A DNA stretch of 64,000 bases from the NCBI RefSeq assembly GCF_036321535.1, contig NC_087436.1:80912001-80976000 (forward strand). Reading direction: 5' to 3'. Shown piece after piece: positions 38,201-52,500 of this stretch. Within the stretch, counting starts at the first letter, position 1; every line of letters begins with the position of its first letter. This stretch comes from Camelus dromedarius (taxonomy: Eukaryota). The notes beneath the pieces were generated by a model. It was not told the origin of the DNA, did no database searches, and saw only the letters and a list, made by a program, of their open reading frames with translations. The position numbers and the translations under genes were made by a program.

Positions 38201-39942
38201 CCAGAGTATTTAATCCCTTGTTCTAAATATTTTCCTTCCCATTTGCCGTCTCATGTTACTGTTTTCATCCTCTTGGGTATTTAAAAGACTTTAGTAAGAT
38301 AAAAATATCCTTTGTATTGGTCACACCTTAGGCTGATACCTTACTGCCTAGGAAGAAGAGACATGTTTACTGAGCACCTACTACGCTTCAGTCACAGTGA
38401 TGGGCTGTCATCACTCACATACATCTTACGTAATTCAAGGGATACTTCAGTGAGAAATGTGTGATGGTCTGAGAGCAAAATGAATCTAAGAAGGATATTT
38501 GAAGGAAGAGAGTAATTTCAAGGGAGATAAGAGTAAACTCTTTGAGAACATGTACCAAATCTTAGCATCTCTGAGTATTCCCAGTGCAACATAAAGTTTA
38601 TTCAGGAAATCTGTGCTAAGCATATTAATAAATAAATGGCACTAGGGAATAGAATGATGACAGGGAAAATCTATTAGCAGAACTTAGTCTGCTCATAATT
38701 TTCCCCAGACTTACTGGCAAAACGGAACCCAAAAAGTAGGGAGGGATTAGATTTAGACTTAACAAAACACAGAAACCCACATAAAAATGGCACTGGTGCT
38801 GTATAAGACAGAATTTCTCTTCTTTGATAACTTATTTTTTAAATTGAAAGTCTAGTGTTATTTTGAGGTATTTATCCTGGAGGATGATTGATTTAATGCA
38901 ATACCTTACAAATTACCAATTGTGTCAATATTCTGTAGATTCCTCCTCTGTGAACCACAGTTAAAGCTTTGCTGATTTGATAATCACAGTGGAAACATTT
39001 GTTCATTTCCTTACAGTCTTTCAGGCAAAATGCCCATCAGATTTTCATCAACTTTGCAAACACATTCTTCTGGCATGGAACATGATTTCATTAAACTGTG
39101 CTACACCTTTCTTCCGGGGTTACAGGAAACAAACTGCAGGTGTGAGTCGGGTTTTTTTTTTTTTTTCTTCACTTTCCTACACTGCACACTGCCATCCTTA
39201 TAAACTCCAGACTGCTGTCTACTCTAAGGAGGCTTCAGAAAATCCACCCTTTTCCTGTCATCAACAAGTCCCTTTTACCAATAAAAGTGGCTTGTTTGTA
39301 GCCTGGGAATACTGATTTTTGATCATTTTTTATCCTCAATCCTCAGGTCCAGAAAGATCACTAATTTGCAAAAATAAACGGCCATGTATTCACTTCCTCA
39401 TTTCTGTCATCTTGCAGCTGTCTGAAAACCATGATCTTCGCCTAAGGGCCTAATCAACCATTTGAAGTCTGCAGTATTTTCCATTCAAACTGTTAACAAG
39501 TTTTTATTAAAAATAAGTAAAATGACAACCAGCTAAAGATATTTTGAGTTCCAAGATACTGCTGTAAATGTGCTGGCCTTTATCTGGGAAGCAAGCCCTG
39601 TGATGAGCCATAGGCTCCTTGGACTCTCTCTCTCGTGGGTAATACATGCACACTGGTCTGTCTGTAACCTCCGCAGAGTCACCATGCTGCTTTCCTGAGG
39701 GAGCCAGAAGTGCCTGGACAGTCCAGGTCTCTGCTCATGGAACAGAATCAAGCTGTTTGCTATTAAACTCAAGGTTTGCCACAGTCCAGTACTCTCTCAC
39801 CTCCCAGTTCTCTACCTTCTCCCCGCCCCGACCCATGTGAGTGATGGATTTAACACTTAAACAGTGTCCCACAGGTGGGAGTCCAGGCGAAACAGAGTCC
39901 TGGCAGAGCAGCTGTAACTTCAGCACTCAGTTTAACTTCATC

Positions 39943-40010
39943 TCTTTCTTTTCTTTTTCTTTTTCTTTTTTCTGTATATACATATTTTTATTGAAGTATA
40001 GTCAGTTTAC
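39943..40010 (-). mobile_element. Very short young L1 3' stub
   Basis: T-rich tail followed by tttttattgaagtatagtcagtttac, nearly identical to the start of the 3' UTR at about 9400-9424. Confidence 0.8.
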
Positions 40011-40559
40011 AGCACATCACAATGGAACAGAAGAAGATTGGAAATCATCACAAGATGGATACTCTTGAATCAACTGTATTACCTACTGTTCGTGATTCCT
40101 TTGAAAATGTTGCCCCTTTAACTATTGTAAGAACCATGTGACCTGGGACGTATATGGCAGCACATCACAGTGCTGCAGGTGCTGACACCAGTATATCAAC
40201 AGGCCACTCACAGAAGTGGTCAACAGTGCACCACTGACTGTTGCTATACACACCTCGAAGGGAAAAGTGTATCAGTGGGGGCACCACTAGAAAGGGGTTA
40301 GAAGACCTGAGTCTGCCTGTGAGCTGTCAATGAATCTTTCTAAGTTTTACTTGAACATCATCAGACTGATTTCTAAAGTCTCTGAACAGAAACTTAAAAT
40401 CACAGAGCCTTACCTCCCCTATAATCAAGTAATTAGTCCTTAGAGATCAGTTAATAAAACCCTCTTGTAGGCCTGGAGAGGTAAAGTCAGCAGAAACACA
40501 CTTAGTGATGAGGACGGAGTGGTGAACACAGTCTCCATCAGACACTCAGTCAGTGGTTA

Positions 40560-41207
40560 TCTGTAATCTTTTCAATAACTGTGAAGAGTAAGCAATAATC
40601 TCCTTTTACAGACAAGGAAACAGATATCAAGTGGTTAAATGACTTGACCAAGATATCACATCAAGGTTTATAGGGAACCCTTCTGTCAAAGCCACATATT
40701 TTCAAGTATACCACAGGTTTTGGTACATCTAAAATTAAACACAGACCCTCTGCTTCTGTGCTTTTAAAATTCTATGAGCATCCTAAATGTCCAACAACAG
40801 GAAACTATAAATACTTTATAGTATAGCTGTAGAATGCGGTACCAGTAAGTAAAAATGATGTGAGCCGTTCAAATATGTTGTTGAGGAAGAGACAGATAAT
40901 AAAACAAGTTGCTCCTATAGATTTGTTTTTTAGATATATAAATACATCAAATTGTTCCCAGAGGTTGAGTTTGGGAGGTAGAATTTGGGGTGAATTCCAT
41001 TTTCCCTGTGAGAGTTCCTAAATTTCCTGCAATGAACAACTGTGACCTTGTTGCTTAATCATATTGAGCCTCAGTTTGCTTATCTATAAAATGGGGATAA
41101 TCATGGTACTTGTCTCATAGGGTTTGTTGTGAGGGTTTATATGACAAAATCTTGTAAAATGCTCAACCTATTACCTGGGCTATTGGATACACTAAATAAG
41201 TGTCAGG
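40560..41207. mobile_element. MIR(-) / old L1ME(+) / MIR(+) relics
   Basis: ttttacagacaaggaaaca...ggttaaatgacttgaccaag (MIR -); cctaaatgtccaacaacagg...aaatttcctgcaatgaaca (L1ME +); tgagcctcagtttgcttatctataaaatggggataat (MIR +, 41038-41207). Confidence 0.75.
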
Positions 41208-44200
41208 TCACTGAGAGAAAAAGGCTTTATTTTAAAGTGAGCTCTGTTTTCTCTTTAATTGCTGTCTAATACATATTTATTTTAAAAGTCAATTAAATTA
41301 AAATTAACTTTTAAATTCTTTGCATGATTACCATCATTCTGGAAGATAATTGCAGTCACTGGGAGGTATAGCCCAACCAAAGCTGGACTGTAGCCTACTT
41401 TTCCTGAGGCCAAGGCTTCAAGTTGTAACGCACTTGATGCTGTGTAATTAATACACAAGTTACTGAAATGCAAGTCCAGCAGAAGCTCTGGCTGGAGACT
41501 ACACTGAGTTGTTTCCCTGGAATTTAGGTTGTGTCTCAGCATGTCCAGGAGACTAGTAAGGGCTATCTCTTGTATCTATTTGCCTGAGGGACTGAGGATT
41601 CCTCTGGGAAAAAAAAAAAAAAAGACCTAGGGGAACACAGTGCAGACACCCCATTTTGAATAAAAAATAATGGGAAGGTTCACAGGAAAGAGCTGATTTT
41701 GAGGTGTGTTTACTATACTTTGGACAAGTAAGTGGAGTGTCCAACTGACCAAGGTTCAAGGAGGGTTGGTCTGAGCTGCCTTTAGAGGAGGACGGGGAGT
41801 CACAGATAGAAGTTTAATGAGAATCTAAGGAGGCTCCCTGGAGCGACAGTGTTTATGGATCGATGAACCTACGGGCCTGCTGGTCAGGTCTATTTTAGAA
41901 AAGAAAATTTGCTTTCTGTTCGGTAAGTTCCAAAACCAGCTAATGTGGTCTCCAGGATCGAGGGGATATTATTAGAATCCCAGAGAATGCTAAATCAGCA
42001 ACCGCTTTCCCTCACTAATCCACCTAAAAAAAAAAAAAAAAACTTTGCACACAATCCTCTGCTCATGTTTTCATTTTTCCCAGTGTCTTTTCAGGATGAG
42101 TCCTGACAGATAGTTGAACGACTGCCCTTTCGATGTTGGCTGCAGAAAGCTGAGCAAAGGGCCTGGGAATTCTGAAATATGGATCAGATAACATTCTCAT
42201 AACTTAATTATCTTGAGTTCTCTAACCTTTTTTTAATCTGTCAGCATTATCATATTAAAATTTTATCATGCCTGAAATGTTTATTCCCGCAGTGAAGATC
42301 ACTCCGGGTCGCAATTTTTCCCCTTCTCAAATATATCACCATTTCTTTAGGTGGTTGTTTTTATTTCATCATCCATCATGATAAAAACTGGCGTAGCCTG
42401 GAGCTTGACTGTGTACTATCATTAGATTAGTGTTTCTTATGGTGACACATCCATTTCATTGAGTAAAATTCTGGGCTGCTGCAGACTAGGGGCTGTGACT
42501 GTCAGCATCCAAAAAAGGGACATGTAACAACCATGGTGCTATGGCAGTCAATTGTCAGGGTTTCCTTGATCTTAGTAGGAACAGATTTTGACCGTAAACA
42601 TCACAGGGGTGGGTATCCTGGTTTTAGAGAAAATCACCCACCTCCAGATGTGTTGATCTTGTGATGCGCTGACCATCATCTGTCAGAGGAGAGGTCCCAC
42701 CCTTCCTCTCCCGCACGTTCCTGGAGGGACCTAATACCTTGTGCAGCTGTACTCTGTCTCATTCCTGTTCCTAAAGAGAGGAGATAGGTTAATAGCTGTA
42801 TAGACAGAAAATTGTCTTCAGAAGGAATTGGGAACAGAGCAGTAAAACTGTAATGTCTTCCAGACCACCATTTTGTCATTCAGGCGATCATAACAGACAC
42901 TCAGGATTATAGTCAGACAGAGGGCTTTTCTCCCCCTTTCCACTTCCCCTTTGGAGCCTGACTTCTTTTAATAACATCTCTTCATACTTGGCTTCTCAAG
43001 CAAAAGACCCATCTTAGTATTTTTTAAAGTACACTTTCTCAATCAAGTGTCTTGACTCAAATTTTCCTGTATCAGCTCTTCTCTTCCATCTCTGATAAAT
43101 CATTTTAGATTCTCAGATCACAGTTTCTTCTCATAGCCCTTCTGTCTTCAGATTCACCTCTCCAAGAATCTTTGTTAATTCTTGATACCTACATCAATTC
43201 TGCAATGCTGCATTGGGTTTCTGGGCCCCTCCATTGTGTAACTTCCCTCCTGCTTTCTTGCCTGCCTACAGAACCTGATCATTTGGATCTGTTTTATAAT
43301 TCCTTGGCTTTGCTTCAGTTTTCCTTGTCAAGTAAAGTTCTCTTTATTACACAAGCTCCAACCCTTCACTGACTTTTGAGAGAAAATATGTGCTTGTCAT
43401 TCAGATCCAGCCTACATCATTCCCATTTGTAAAGTTATTCTTATTTCACTGAATCGATCTCAATTTACTGATTTTGTTTTTCATTTCTCTACTGGCATTT
43501 TTCTTGGGCATGTTTCCCCCTCACTGTTCTAAGGTTTTAAGTCCTAGCCTTCTAGATGGGGGCAAACCCTCAGTCTCAAGAAGAATCTTTGGTAATATTT
43601 TCAGGTCATAGTAACACACAGGGCAGCTGGTTTGGCCACAGAACTTTGTTTTTGCTAAGAACTACATAAATAACCACACCAACTTTATGTATCAGAAAAA
43701 TAAAGCCATTCTCCCTTCCCCTGAGAACAGAGAACCAGTAGGATTCTAAGGAGTAACTTACCACTGTGATTGTACCACAGAATTCTCAGACACACAACGT
43801 CTTTATCTCTCTTGTTCACCCTTTAAATGGCTTTTGCTTTCTGCTAGTGCACCCTTTCAATGTGTTTCAGGCTTATATACAAGCTGCCTTTTTTATCTTC
43901 CCTTTCTTTGATACTGTTACATATCTCTTTTGAGCTGTTTTTAGGCTGTTTACATATATTTCACGGCAGATAAAGAACTAATGACAGGAGACTTCAGTTG
44001 AAACAATTAGTCAGGATTCTTCCAGAAGGCAACGACATTAGATAAGGGCTCAGGTGGGTTTTTGTTCTAGACTGTGTCTGATCTGTTCTACTCAAAGTGG
44101 CAGTGTGTTAAGAAGCGATTTGATGATGAAATTGGCCATCAGAAGGAAAATCATGCCACTGAAAAGTTTTGGAACTAAAAGGAACCTGAGTATTCTAACG

Positions 44201-47200
44201 CCCTAATTTTAGGGTGAGAAGACCAAGGTGTAGAGAAGTTACTTGTCCAGGCTCACACATAGCAAGCAAGCCATCACAGAGAAGAATATTCAATATTCCG
44301 ATGCTTAACATCAGATCATCTTCCAAATACTTAGGGCTTTTTCCTCTCCCGCTCCTTTCCCATTTTATCCATTATAAAGACAGCTTTCTGACTTAAGAGG
44401 AAAATCCTGTAATTTTTAATGTTTCTGTTACATCACAAACAAGTTATAATCTGGTGCAGTAATACTATTTAGTGTAAGTTTTACTTGTTTAGTTACAGCA
44501 ATAAAATAAGGCCTAGAGCTATTGTTTCTTTTTTTAATCTTCCTCAAATAACTTTTCTGAATCCCCTTATTCCTCGTTCCTTCTGCTTTGATCTCACCTT
44601 TTAACTTGCCACTTCTAATCTCCTGTAGGTTGAGAAATACTCAGGTCAATATTGTATGTTAAATAATATTTGCTAAGCCTCTCAGTGAGTGATCAGGAAC
44701 ATAATACAGGCTTTCATGCTGGAGTAGCCCTTTTTCTGTTAATTTCTGAAATCTGGGTGATGAACTTGAGATCTCCAAGCAAGCGGAGAAGACATTTCTC
44801 TCATCCAAGCCTCTGAGAGGGCGTGAGTAACACTTGGTTGAAGAGGGTCTCCTGTCCATGCATTTTGAATAAATCTCCAAAATGCTGGTGTTCTAAGTTA
44901 CATGCCTGAGAGAAAACTAAAATTCCATTCTTTCAAACATATTTTAGTTTATAATCCTGGATTGCCTCTTATGTTCTAAGATATTCCTTAGACCAATGAA
45001 CTGCTCCATTTAGAGAGGTATGGCCAGGGTACACTCATTCGAGAGCTATAGTGTGAGATGTATTCAGAAGTCCTATGCCCTTGATCTAGGAAATGAAAGA
45101 AACATTTCGTCAGGGATGCTGGCTTCCCAGGCTTTCCCTTTGCTGAGCAGGTAAATGAAAATATTAAAGAATGGCTGGCAGAGCAGGAGCGCCACTGGCC
45201 AGATCTTTCTTTGTGAGTAATGAAGCACTATTCTTTCTAAATGTCAGGGTTCTCCAAACAGAGCAAATGCTTTCAGTGATCTTTTTCACATACTGGTTTC
45301 GCACCATATACATATATTCCAGACAGTGATTGTAAAGCAAGTCAAAAGGAGGAAGATGTGAACTGCAGTGGATCCAGGCGTGACTGACTGCCAATACCAG
45401 CAATCCCCAAAGTGCAGAATAACAGCTGTACTGCCTCACTCTCTCTTCTTACTAACGGGGTGAGTGAGAACAAACAGCCGTAGTCCTGAGTCGGTTTCAG
45501 TCAGAGCCATCCTGGCTCCGTGAATTTTAATCATCACAGAAAACTGATTCTAAGAAACAGTTCTGTTTCTTCGGATTTCTGTATGTCAGTGTGTTCAAAT
45601 ATTCCACTCCTCTGTTTACCCAGATACTAAAACAATCATTTCAAACTATAGTGTCAAATTGTTTTGATATTAGCTTTTCTAAAAAAGAATTATTGTTTTT
45701 TAATATTCTTTCTTCTGTAATAGCAAAGGTTATATTATTAACTGACATCGAAGTCTATGAAATTCAGGCTTACCTAGAATTCCCCTTTTGATTAGTTTCG
45801 TGTGATCTTTAAAAATCTGTTTAGCATTTAATTTATTAGATCTTATATATCTGTTCTAGTATGTTTTGTCAATAATATTCTTAGAAATGTGGTGCTGATT
45901 TTTTTTAATGTGATCAATTTCAGTCTTTGAGTCCCTGAAAAGCTAGACTAAAAACCTGCTTTCAGACACGGCCTCTCATAGCCTGACATGCTCATCAGTA
46001 TGACTGATGGGGAAGAAAGTGAGTTCATGTGGTATTTTCTTCCTATAATTCCTTATAAATAATATCTGCCGCCTGATTATTTAAAAATATATTATAAACA
46101 AAGATCGCTTATCTTTCTACTTTGTGTACTATTTTTTGTCTTCTCATAGATTTTATTTGGAATTAGAGTGACCTTTATCCAGATTTTTAAATGTTTCAAT
46201 AAATACTCTGCAGGTTTTTTTTTCTCTTATTCATCAACATTCCTTGTTCAGAATAATGCAAATAGGATGAGACAGAGAGGAAGAGAGAGAGAGTAGTATC
46301 TGCTTCTTGAAATAAAGGAAAATGACTTGAACAGAAAACTGACATGTAACAAGAAGAAACAAAGGGAAAGTAAATAAATATGACTTGAACTGTAGTAAGA
46401 CATGAAACTAAAGTCCTATATTTTTCATGATAACCAACGTTTTAATTAAACATTTTAAAGATATTGAAGAAATACAATGTGTTTCAAATAATGATCTTTA
46501 AAGCCTTCAGGCAATTTGGATCCCTAGTTGTGGAATAAACTAACAACAGAATTTCAGGGACATCATTTTAGGGAAAAACTGATTTTAGGACTTTCAGGAG
46601 CCTAAGATTCTAGTTTCTGACAAGGAATCTGAAGGAATTGTATGCTATGCATACTTCCCCCTCAGGCTGGGCTCGCAAGAGTAACATTGTTCTTAGAAGT
46701 AAGGGCTGAGGCACAGTGAGAAGAAACACAAGGGAGGTTGGGGGTTAGGAGGCAAATGAATGTTTTTCTATCATTAGCTAGAAAAGTTCTTGGGGACCTG
46801 TCAAAGCCTAACCTGGGAAGGCTCTGGGAAACTTTGACCACTTGAGACAATAGGAAAATGTCTAGATTGTTGTTTCACAACATATGAGCCACCAACCACT
46901 TTGTATTCATAGTCAAGATTTTACAAAAATAATGACTTCACTGGACTACTGGCATTGTTTCCTCCCTGTTGGCTTCTGGCAGTGTCCTTGCTTCTCACTG
47001 CCCCACTTGGTGCTCTGGCTTTGCCAAATTCCCAGCAGCCTGACCTGCTCCAGTGTGATCTCAAGTCGGTCCTGGCTCTCCTGTGTGATTCTGTACTGTC
47101 GGTTCACCCACACCTCACTTCCCCACCATCTAACTTCTTGCCCCAGCACTCCTGAACTTGGAACCTTGTGCTGTTCCAAATGGCCTGCCTCCCTAGGAGA

Positions 47201-49344
47201 AATGGAAACCTCTTAATTCCCTGGGAGAAAATAAGTCATCAGCTCTGTTCCTCCCTTCCCAGTTTCTTCCCTCCTAAGGGTCACCAGCTTAACTCAGTGA
47301 TTTACTTTTACCTACATTTCTGTGTTGCCATTATTTGGTCACACTGCCCACTACAGCATGTCTTAACTTTAAGGTCCTGTCTATTTCATAGAACGTCTTA
47401 AGAATTATATACCCGTCTCTCCCATTCCCAGGAGCTAATACACTCATGGATGACATTAATCAGCTCACAAATTAACATCAGAGAGCCAAATACGCACTCC
47501 TAGTTGTGTGGACTCATCATCGTGTGGGGCACGTGGGGGCTTCCAGGACAAACATATCCATCTTGTTGTCTTTAAGGAGCTTGTGTTAGTCTTGTTGAGA
47601 CAAAAGTTAACTTTGTGTGAATGGACTGGCCCTTTGTACAAAACACACAGTGCTCCACCCCAGCACAGGAGCAAAGAAAAGCTCCTGGGAGGAGAAGCTC
47701 TGACAGAGGGGACTACAGTTCAGTCAGACCCTGACGTTTTCCTGGTTGACGTCGTCTTCTTGTGTATTGCTCCTGCCACTTTATTCCGTGTCACGCCCCT
47801 ACTTTCTCCAGCCCACTCCTGCGACACAAATCCCTTCTCATAGTCACTTTAGTTAGCAAAGTAGGGCATCGTTAGATCTTCACTCTCAAGATGTTAATAA
47901 ATAGCAGGTAAACTAAAATGTTAATAAACAACAGCACTGAAACCTAACGTCTCACTGAGTGTCTTGCCCACGGTGGCGCTGTCTGGTACAGGAGGAGAGG
48001 GAAGATAATTTTACAGATTAAGTACATGTCAAGGGGGTTATAAGTCATGAAGAACACATTACAGTTCAAGGACAATTCTTTCCTTTCTTTTAGGGGTTCC
48101 AGCAGGAAAGTAAAGTTTTCCAATTCGAAGGATACCAGCAAAAGAAAAAGACATAATCCAAGCTAAAATCTTCCACGTCTTAGAGCAGCGTTTACCACAG
48201 AACCTTCCTTAGGCTGGAACACGTGTGCAGCCCGCTGTGCTAGTCTCCTTCCCTCTCACTCCCCAGCTGCCTTTTGGCCACGTGGCCACTGGAGATCATC
48301 TTTCCCTTTGTGACTGGGACCTGCTGGGGAGGCTTAAAATAAGAAAAGGCTTGATGTTATCAGTTGTTGTCTGCTATTCAATGGGGAATGTTGTTCACCT
48401 TGATCCAGAATGCTGGAATGTTGTGACGGGTGGTTTGGCCTTTAGTGACAACCCTTTCTTGGCTATTCCCAAGATCAGTACCTACTAAACCTTCTTCCCT
48501 TGTATGCTGCTTGATTGCTGTCTCCATCCTGATGTGAACATATCTTGGCCACAGTGGTCTTGTATCCTCAAGGACTCCATCTCTAGACAATCGTTTCTAG
48601 GCTTATGTTGAGAATTTCAGAGTGAAGGGGAGAGGGCCAACTGTCCCAATGTCAAAGCATCTTCCCCAGGCAGGGGCTGAGCGTCTGTTCTGCTGCTTGT
48701 TTCTGCCCCCTACAATGCCACATAGCCCTTTCCTTTCTTGGCTCTTTTGACATCACACATCTAGCTGCTCAGTCAACCTGTAAGGCTCTCCTGAGTGCTA
48801 ATTGTTTGCATGGACTTTGAACTTTTTGCCACCTTCTGCTCTTGGACGTTTGCCTACTTGAGTCTGGACTCACCTGCTGCCCACTTTCCTTGTTCCCGGT
48901 TCACACGGAGATTGCTACCTGGTCTTGAAGCCCTAATCCTTGATCTGCTGCCACTCATGAATATAGAAAGCAAGTTGATTTTCAGGCGATTAAATGTCAG
49001 AATTGTCTGTCAGCAACTATTGTGTCCTCTCCAAGAGGATCCTCATAAAATCTGGCCTTTCCTTGTGGTTGTAGCTGCCTTGCTTCAGTTTTTTCTATGG
49101 AGCTTCAGCAAGTGAATTTCAGTCTTTCATTTATCTGTTTCAAAATCTTGAAATTAGATGTGCTGGACTTGACTATTACCATTTAAGAACTCATTACTGG
49201 TTGGGTCATTACTGGTAATGAGGAATAGTGTTTAAAGTGTTTCATCTGAAGCTGGAAACAAAGCATAGTATGACTGGTGTCCATGATAGCCAACCCCAAT
49301 TTTGTGATGTTAACGACTGTTTCTAAATTAGGTTTGGGGAAGTT

Positions 49345-49575
49345 GGAAGAGAACATGGACTAAAGGAAAAAGTGCTATAGGTGTTAGACACACTTAGGTT
49401 CTTAGCCCAGAACTGTTTATGTATTCCCTAGGTGACTTTAGACATGTCACTAAACATCTCTGAATTTCAGTTTCTTCCAGACTCCATACCTTCGGTTAAA
49501 AAATCAAGTGAGACAACATACACAAAAGGTCTAGCATAATTCTTAGACTGAGATAAGTCCTTAATAAATGTTAAT
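49345..49575 (+). mobile_element. MIR SINE
   Basis: gtgactttagacatgtcactaaacatctctgaatttcagtttc...aatcaagtgagacaacatac...ccttaataaatgtta. Confidence 0.7.
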
Positions 49576-52500
49576 AACCCATATCCTGGCTGCTCATCAG
49601 ACCTTCCATTCCTTACACAGCCACTGCTCTGCACACAAATTTGATCATGTCAGTTTCTTGCTTAGAACCTTCAGTATCTTAGAATGAAGTAAAAACTCTT
49701 AGAATAAAGATAAAACTTCTTAGCATGGCCACAGTATCTGCCTTTACTTGTGAAGGTACCTAAACTTAATGGTGCCCGTGTTTGGTAGGGCATCACCTCT
49801 TACTCACCACCCCTCTTTAGTTTTCCAGGACACTTTGCCTTTCAATTTTTCCCCTATTGCCTATTTATAAGTTAAAGGAGGTTGTGTCTGTGGAAAGTAA
49901 CATAAAGTGATGTAAGAATTGAGCAAAGTCTTCAATGGGTGGTCAGTTTTTCTGCTGGAAAGGTTGAGGCTGCTGGGCTATCAAAGGGAGAGATTAGCAT
50001 GGCTTCTCTGAGTGCACAATATACATTGTTTACTGGGGTGAAAACTGGACCACCTATGGCCTCAGTTCCCACGCGGCTCCTGGCTGGGTGTAGTGGACAT
50101 GATCACTTAGATGTGTGTGCTCAGAGGTTTCAGGAGAATGTCTTTGTCCAAGTCTGTGTGTTGTTCTATGTTTCATTCCTTTGTCCCATACCCTCTCACC
50201 ACATCTCCTTCATCTTCGCTGTTTCCCCACACTGGGGAACTCTTTCTTGACTAGCGCTAAGAAGTTATCTCTCAATCACAGTGTATTCTCACCAGGTCTA
50301 TTGCCTGTTTATACCAGTCTTACCATTACCCTAAGTCATAAGCTTTTGAACCTCATTTTTTTGGTTGCTACTGTTTTCATTGTTTCCCCTGCGCCATTCC
50401 TTGCCTGAGACAAAGGAACCATAGATGGAAGGCATGGGGAGAAGAGAATACTAGAAATAAAAATCTCTTGGCTAGTATTTCAAAGGTAGTATCTCATCAT
50501 ATAAATGTAATTCTGCCACACAGTAACATTCTGGGACCTATCTACTATGTGAATAACACTTACATGAAAAAAAAAGTATCATAAGCTCAACTACAGTTAC
50601 TAGGAGTTCATTACCTGCTGCTGTAAGGGGGCACCACAGTAGACTGCTTCCAGTCCTCCTGTGTACATGACCATGAAGTAGCTGAACTGTGAACTGTGAG
50701 CCGGGCAGACGAGGACCTGGAGCAACCTGGGGCCATGGAAAACCATCAAGGATGCTCCTCCATTTCGAGCTTCCCTCTTCCCTTGTTTTCCTGTTCTGTT
50801 GAGCATTTCCTTCTCTTTGCAACTGTTGATGGTAGCCTTTCCTTTCAGCAAGGATTTCTCTTCTCCCCTGTGGACTGTGACACAACAAATTCTCTGCAAC
50901 TTTGGCCGTTATTCTCTGTTTCTGAAGACAGTAGATACGTTTTTGTTGTTTTGATTTTTTAGCAAAAATGGGAAACAGGCAGAAAAAAATCACTTTTTCA
51001 GGTCTAGTTCTGGTCCTCTCACTGTTTGCTCTCAGGGAAGAACCTGTGCTCTAGTCCTATAACAGCGGGACCTACCTGTGACGTTAGACACTTGGGTTGG
51101 GATTATATCCTCTCCCATCAGTCACATCAGGATTGAGGCACATAACAGGCTGAATTAAGACTCATCTTCATATAAGAGAGAAGATAGAATCAGTTCTTAT
51201 GAGGAAAGCCATGCTAGACACTCTATCTGGAAAGGTGGAGCAGGCATTCCAATGTGAAGGTGGGGAGTGTCTGAGAGAGTCACGTGAAGGAGAAGAGGAG
51301 ATAGGACACAGGAGACCTGCCACTTCATTCCCTCTTTATCCTCAGCAATCCTTCCCTGGCTCTGTAAACCTCCCCTGGGTTACTTTAGAACTGGTATGTA
51401 AAACAGAGATGAGTGGCAGAGAAAAGATAAAAAAAGGAAAGTAGAAGAATTCTTGACTAAGTTAGGATAGGATAGGAAATTCAGTTAGCCATTTGGCTAG
51501 ACAGCCATTTAAATTTAAAAATTGTCCATAAGTCAGCGGTATATATATTAGAAACTGCTTAATGGAAGCTGGACAGCTAGACCAACATGGGACAGTTAGA
51601 TTAGGTATAAGTGATACCTGATTCAATTTGTCAGCTTTCCAAAGAACATCTTTCTGATTTTTGTGTCTGAAATCTCTGTCTTTTCCAGCATTTGCCACAA
51701 GTGTTCATACTGAATATAGTGGCCACCCTGGTTCTTGTAATGTCATATATCTCCAGGAGTCATAAAGTCAAGGTCTTAGAGAGCACTGGGGGAATGAATG
51801 AGATGGGTGTTCTCAGTGGGTTAAGATAGCAGAGACTCCAGAGAAGATGACCAAGTCTGAATAGTAGGAATAATAAAAGCCCTTATTTGTTAAATGTGTT
51901 CCCTGTGAGGCACTGTGCTTTTTTTGGTTCACATGCAATAATTCGTTTTATGCTCACATTTCATGTTCTGTGAGGTACCATCAAGACACTAATGACTCCC
52001 AGCTGGAGAGGACACACCTGTGGGATGACAGCACAGAAGCTGACATCTGACAAGGAGATCACCAGTGGGGAGAATGCCAGTAAACAAGGACCAGATAAGA
52101 CTGAATCCATTATGAGAACTTCATATATAGTGTCAGGAGGTCAGCCAGCAAGTGAGGAATGGACTGTTGAAGAAACTGATGCCAAAGACTAACAAAAATA
52201 AGGCTCTCCAGGGAAAATCCATGTTCTTGTAGAATAGGTGGGTCAGCTTCCTGTTTCTAGGAAATCACTTAGCATTTATGATATTTTTGCAGTATCCTAT
52301 TCCAGCCTCTTGACCCCATCCTTTACAATCCCACTGGGAAAAGCACCCATGCAGATTCTGGTATGTGTAATTTTCCAGATCTCATAGAATCACATTATTA
52401 ATAGTAGTCCAGATTGCACTGTACATCAAACTATGAGATTTGAGCATTTGCATTTTTAAACAATGCTCATTACCTCCAAAGGATCTCAAATACGTGGCAG

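Noticed and set aside
47965..47982. CTCF-like GCCCACGGTGGCGCTG
   Set aside because: Four mismatches in the 5' half of the core.
50538..50993. 151-aa minus-strand ORF and overlapping ORFs
   Set aside because: No domain-like content and no supporting splice structure.
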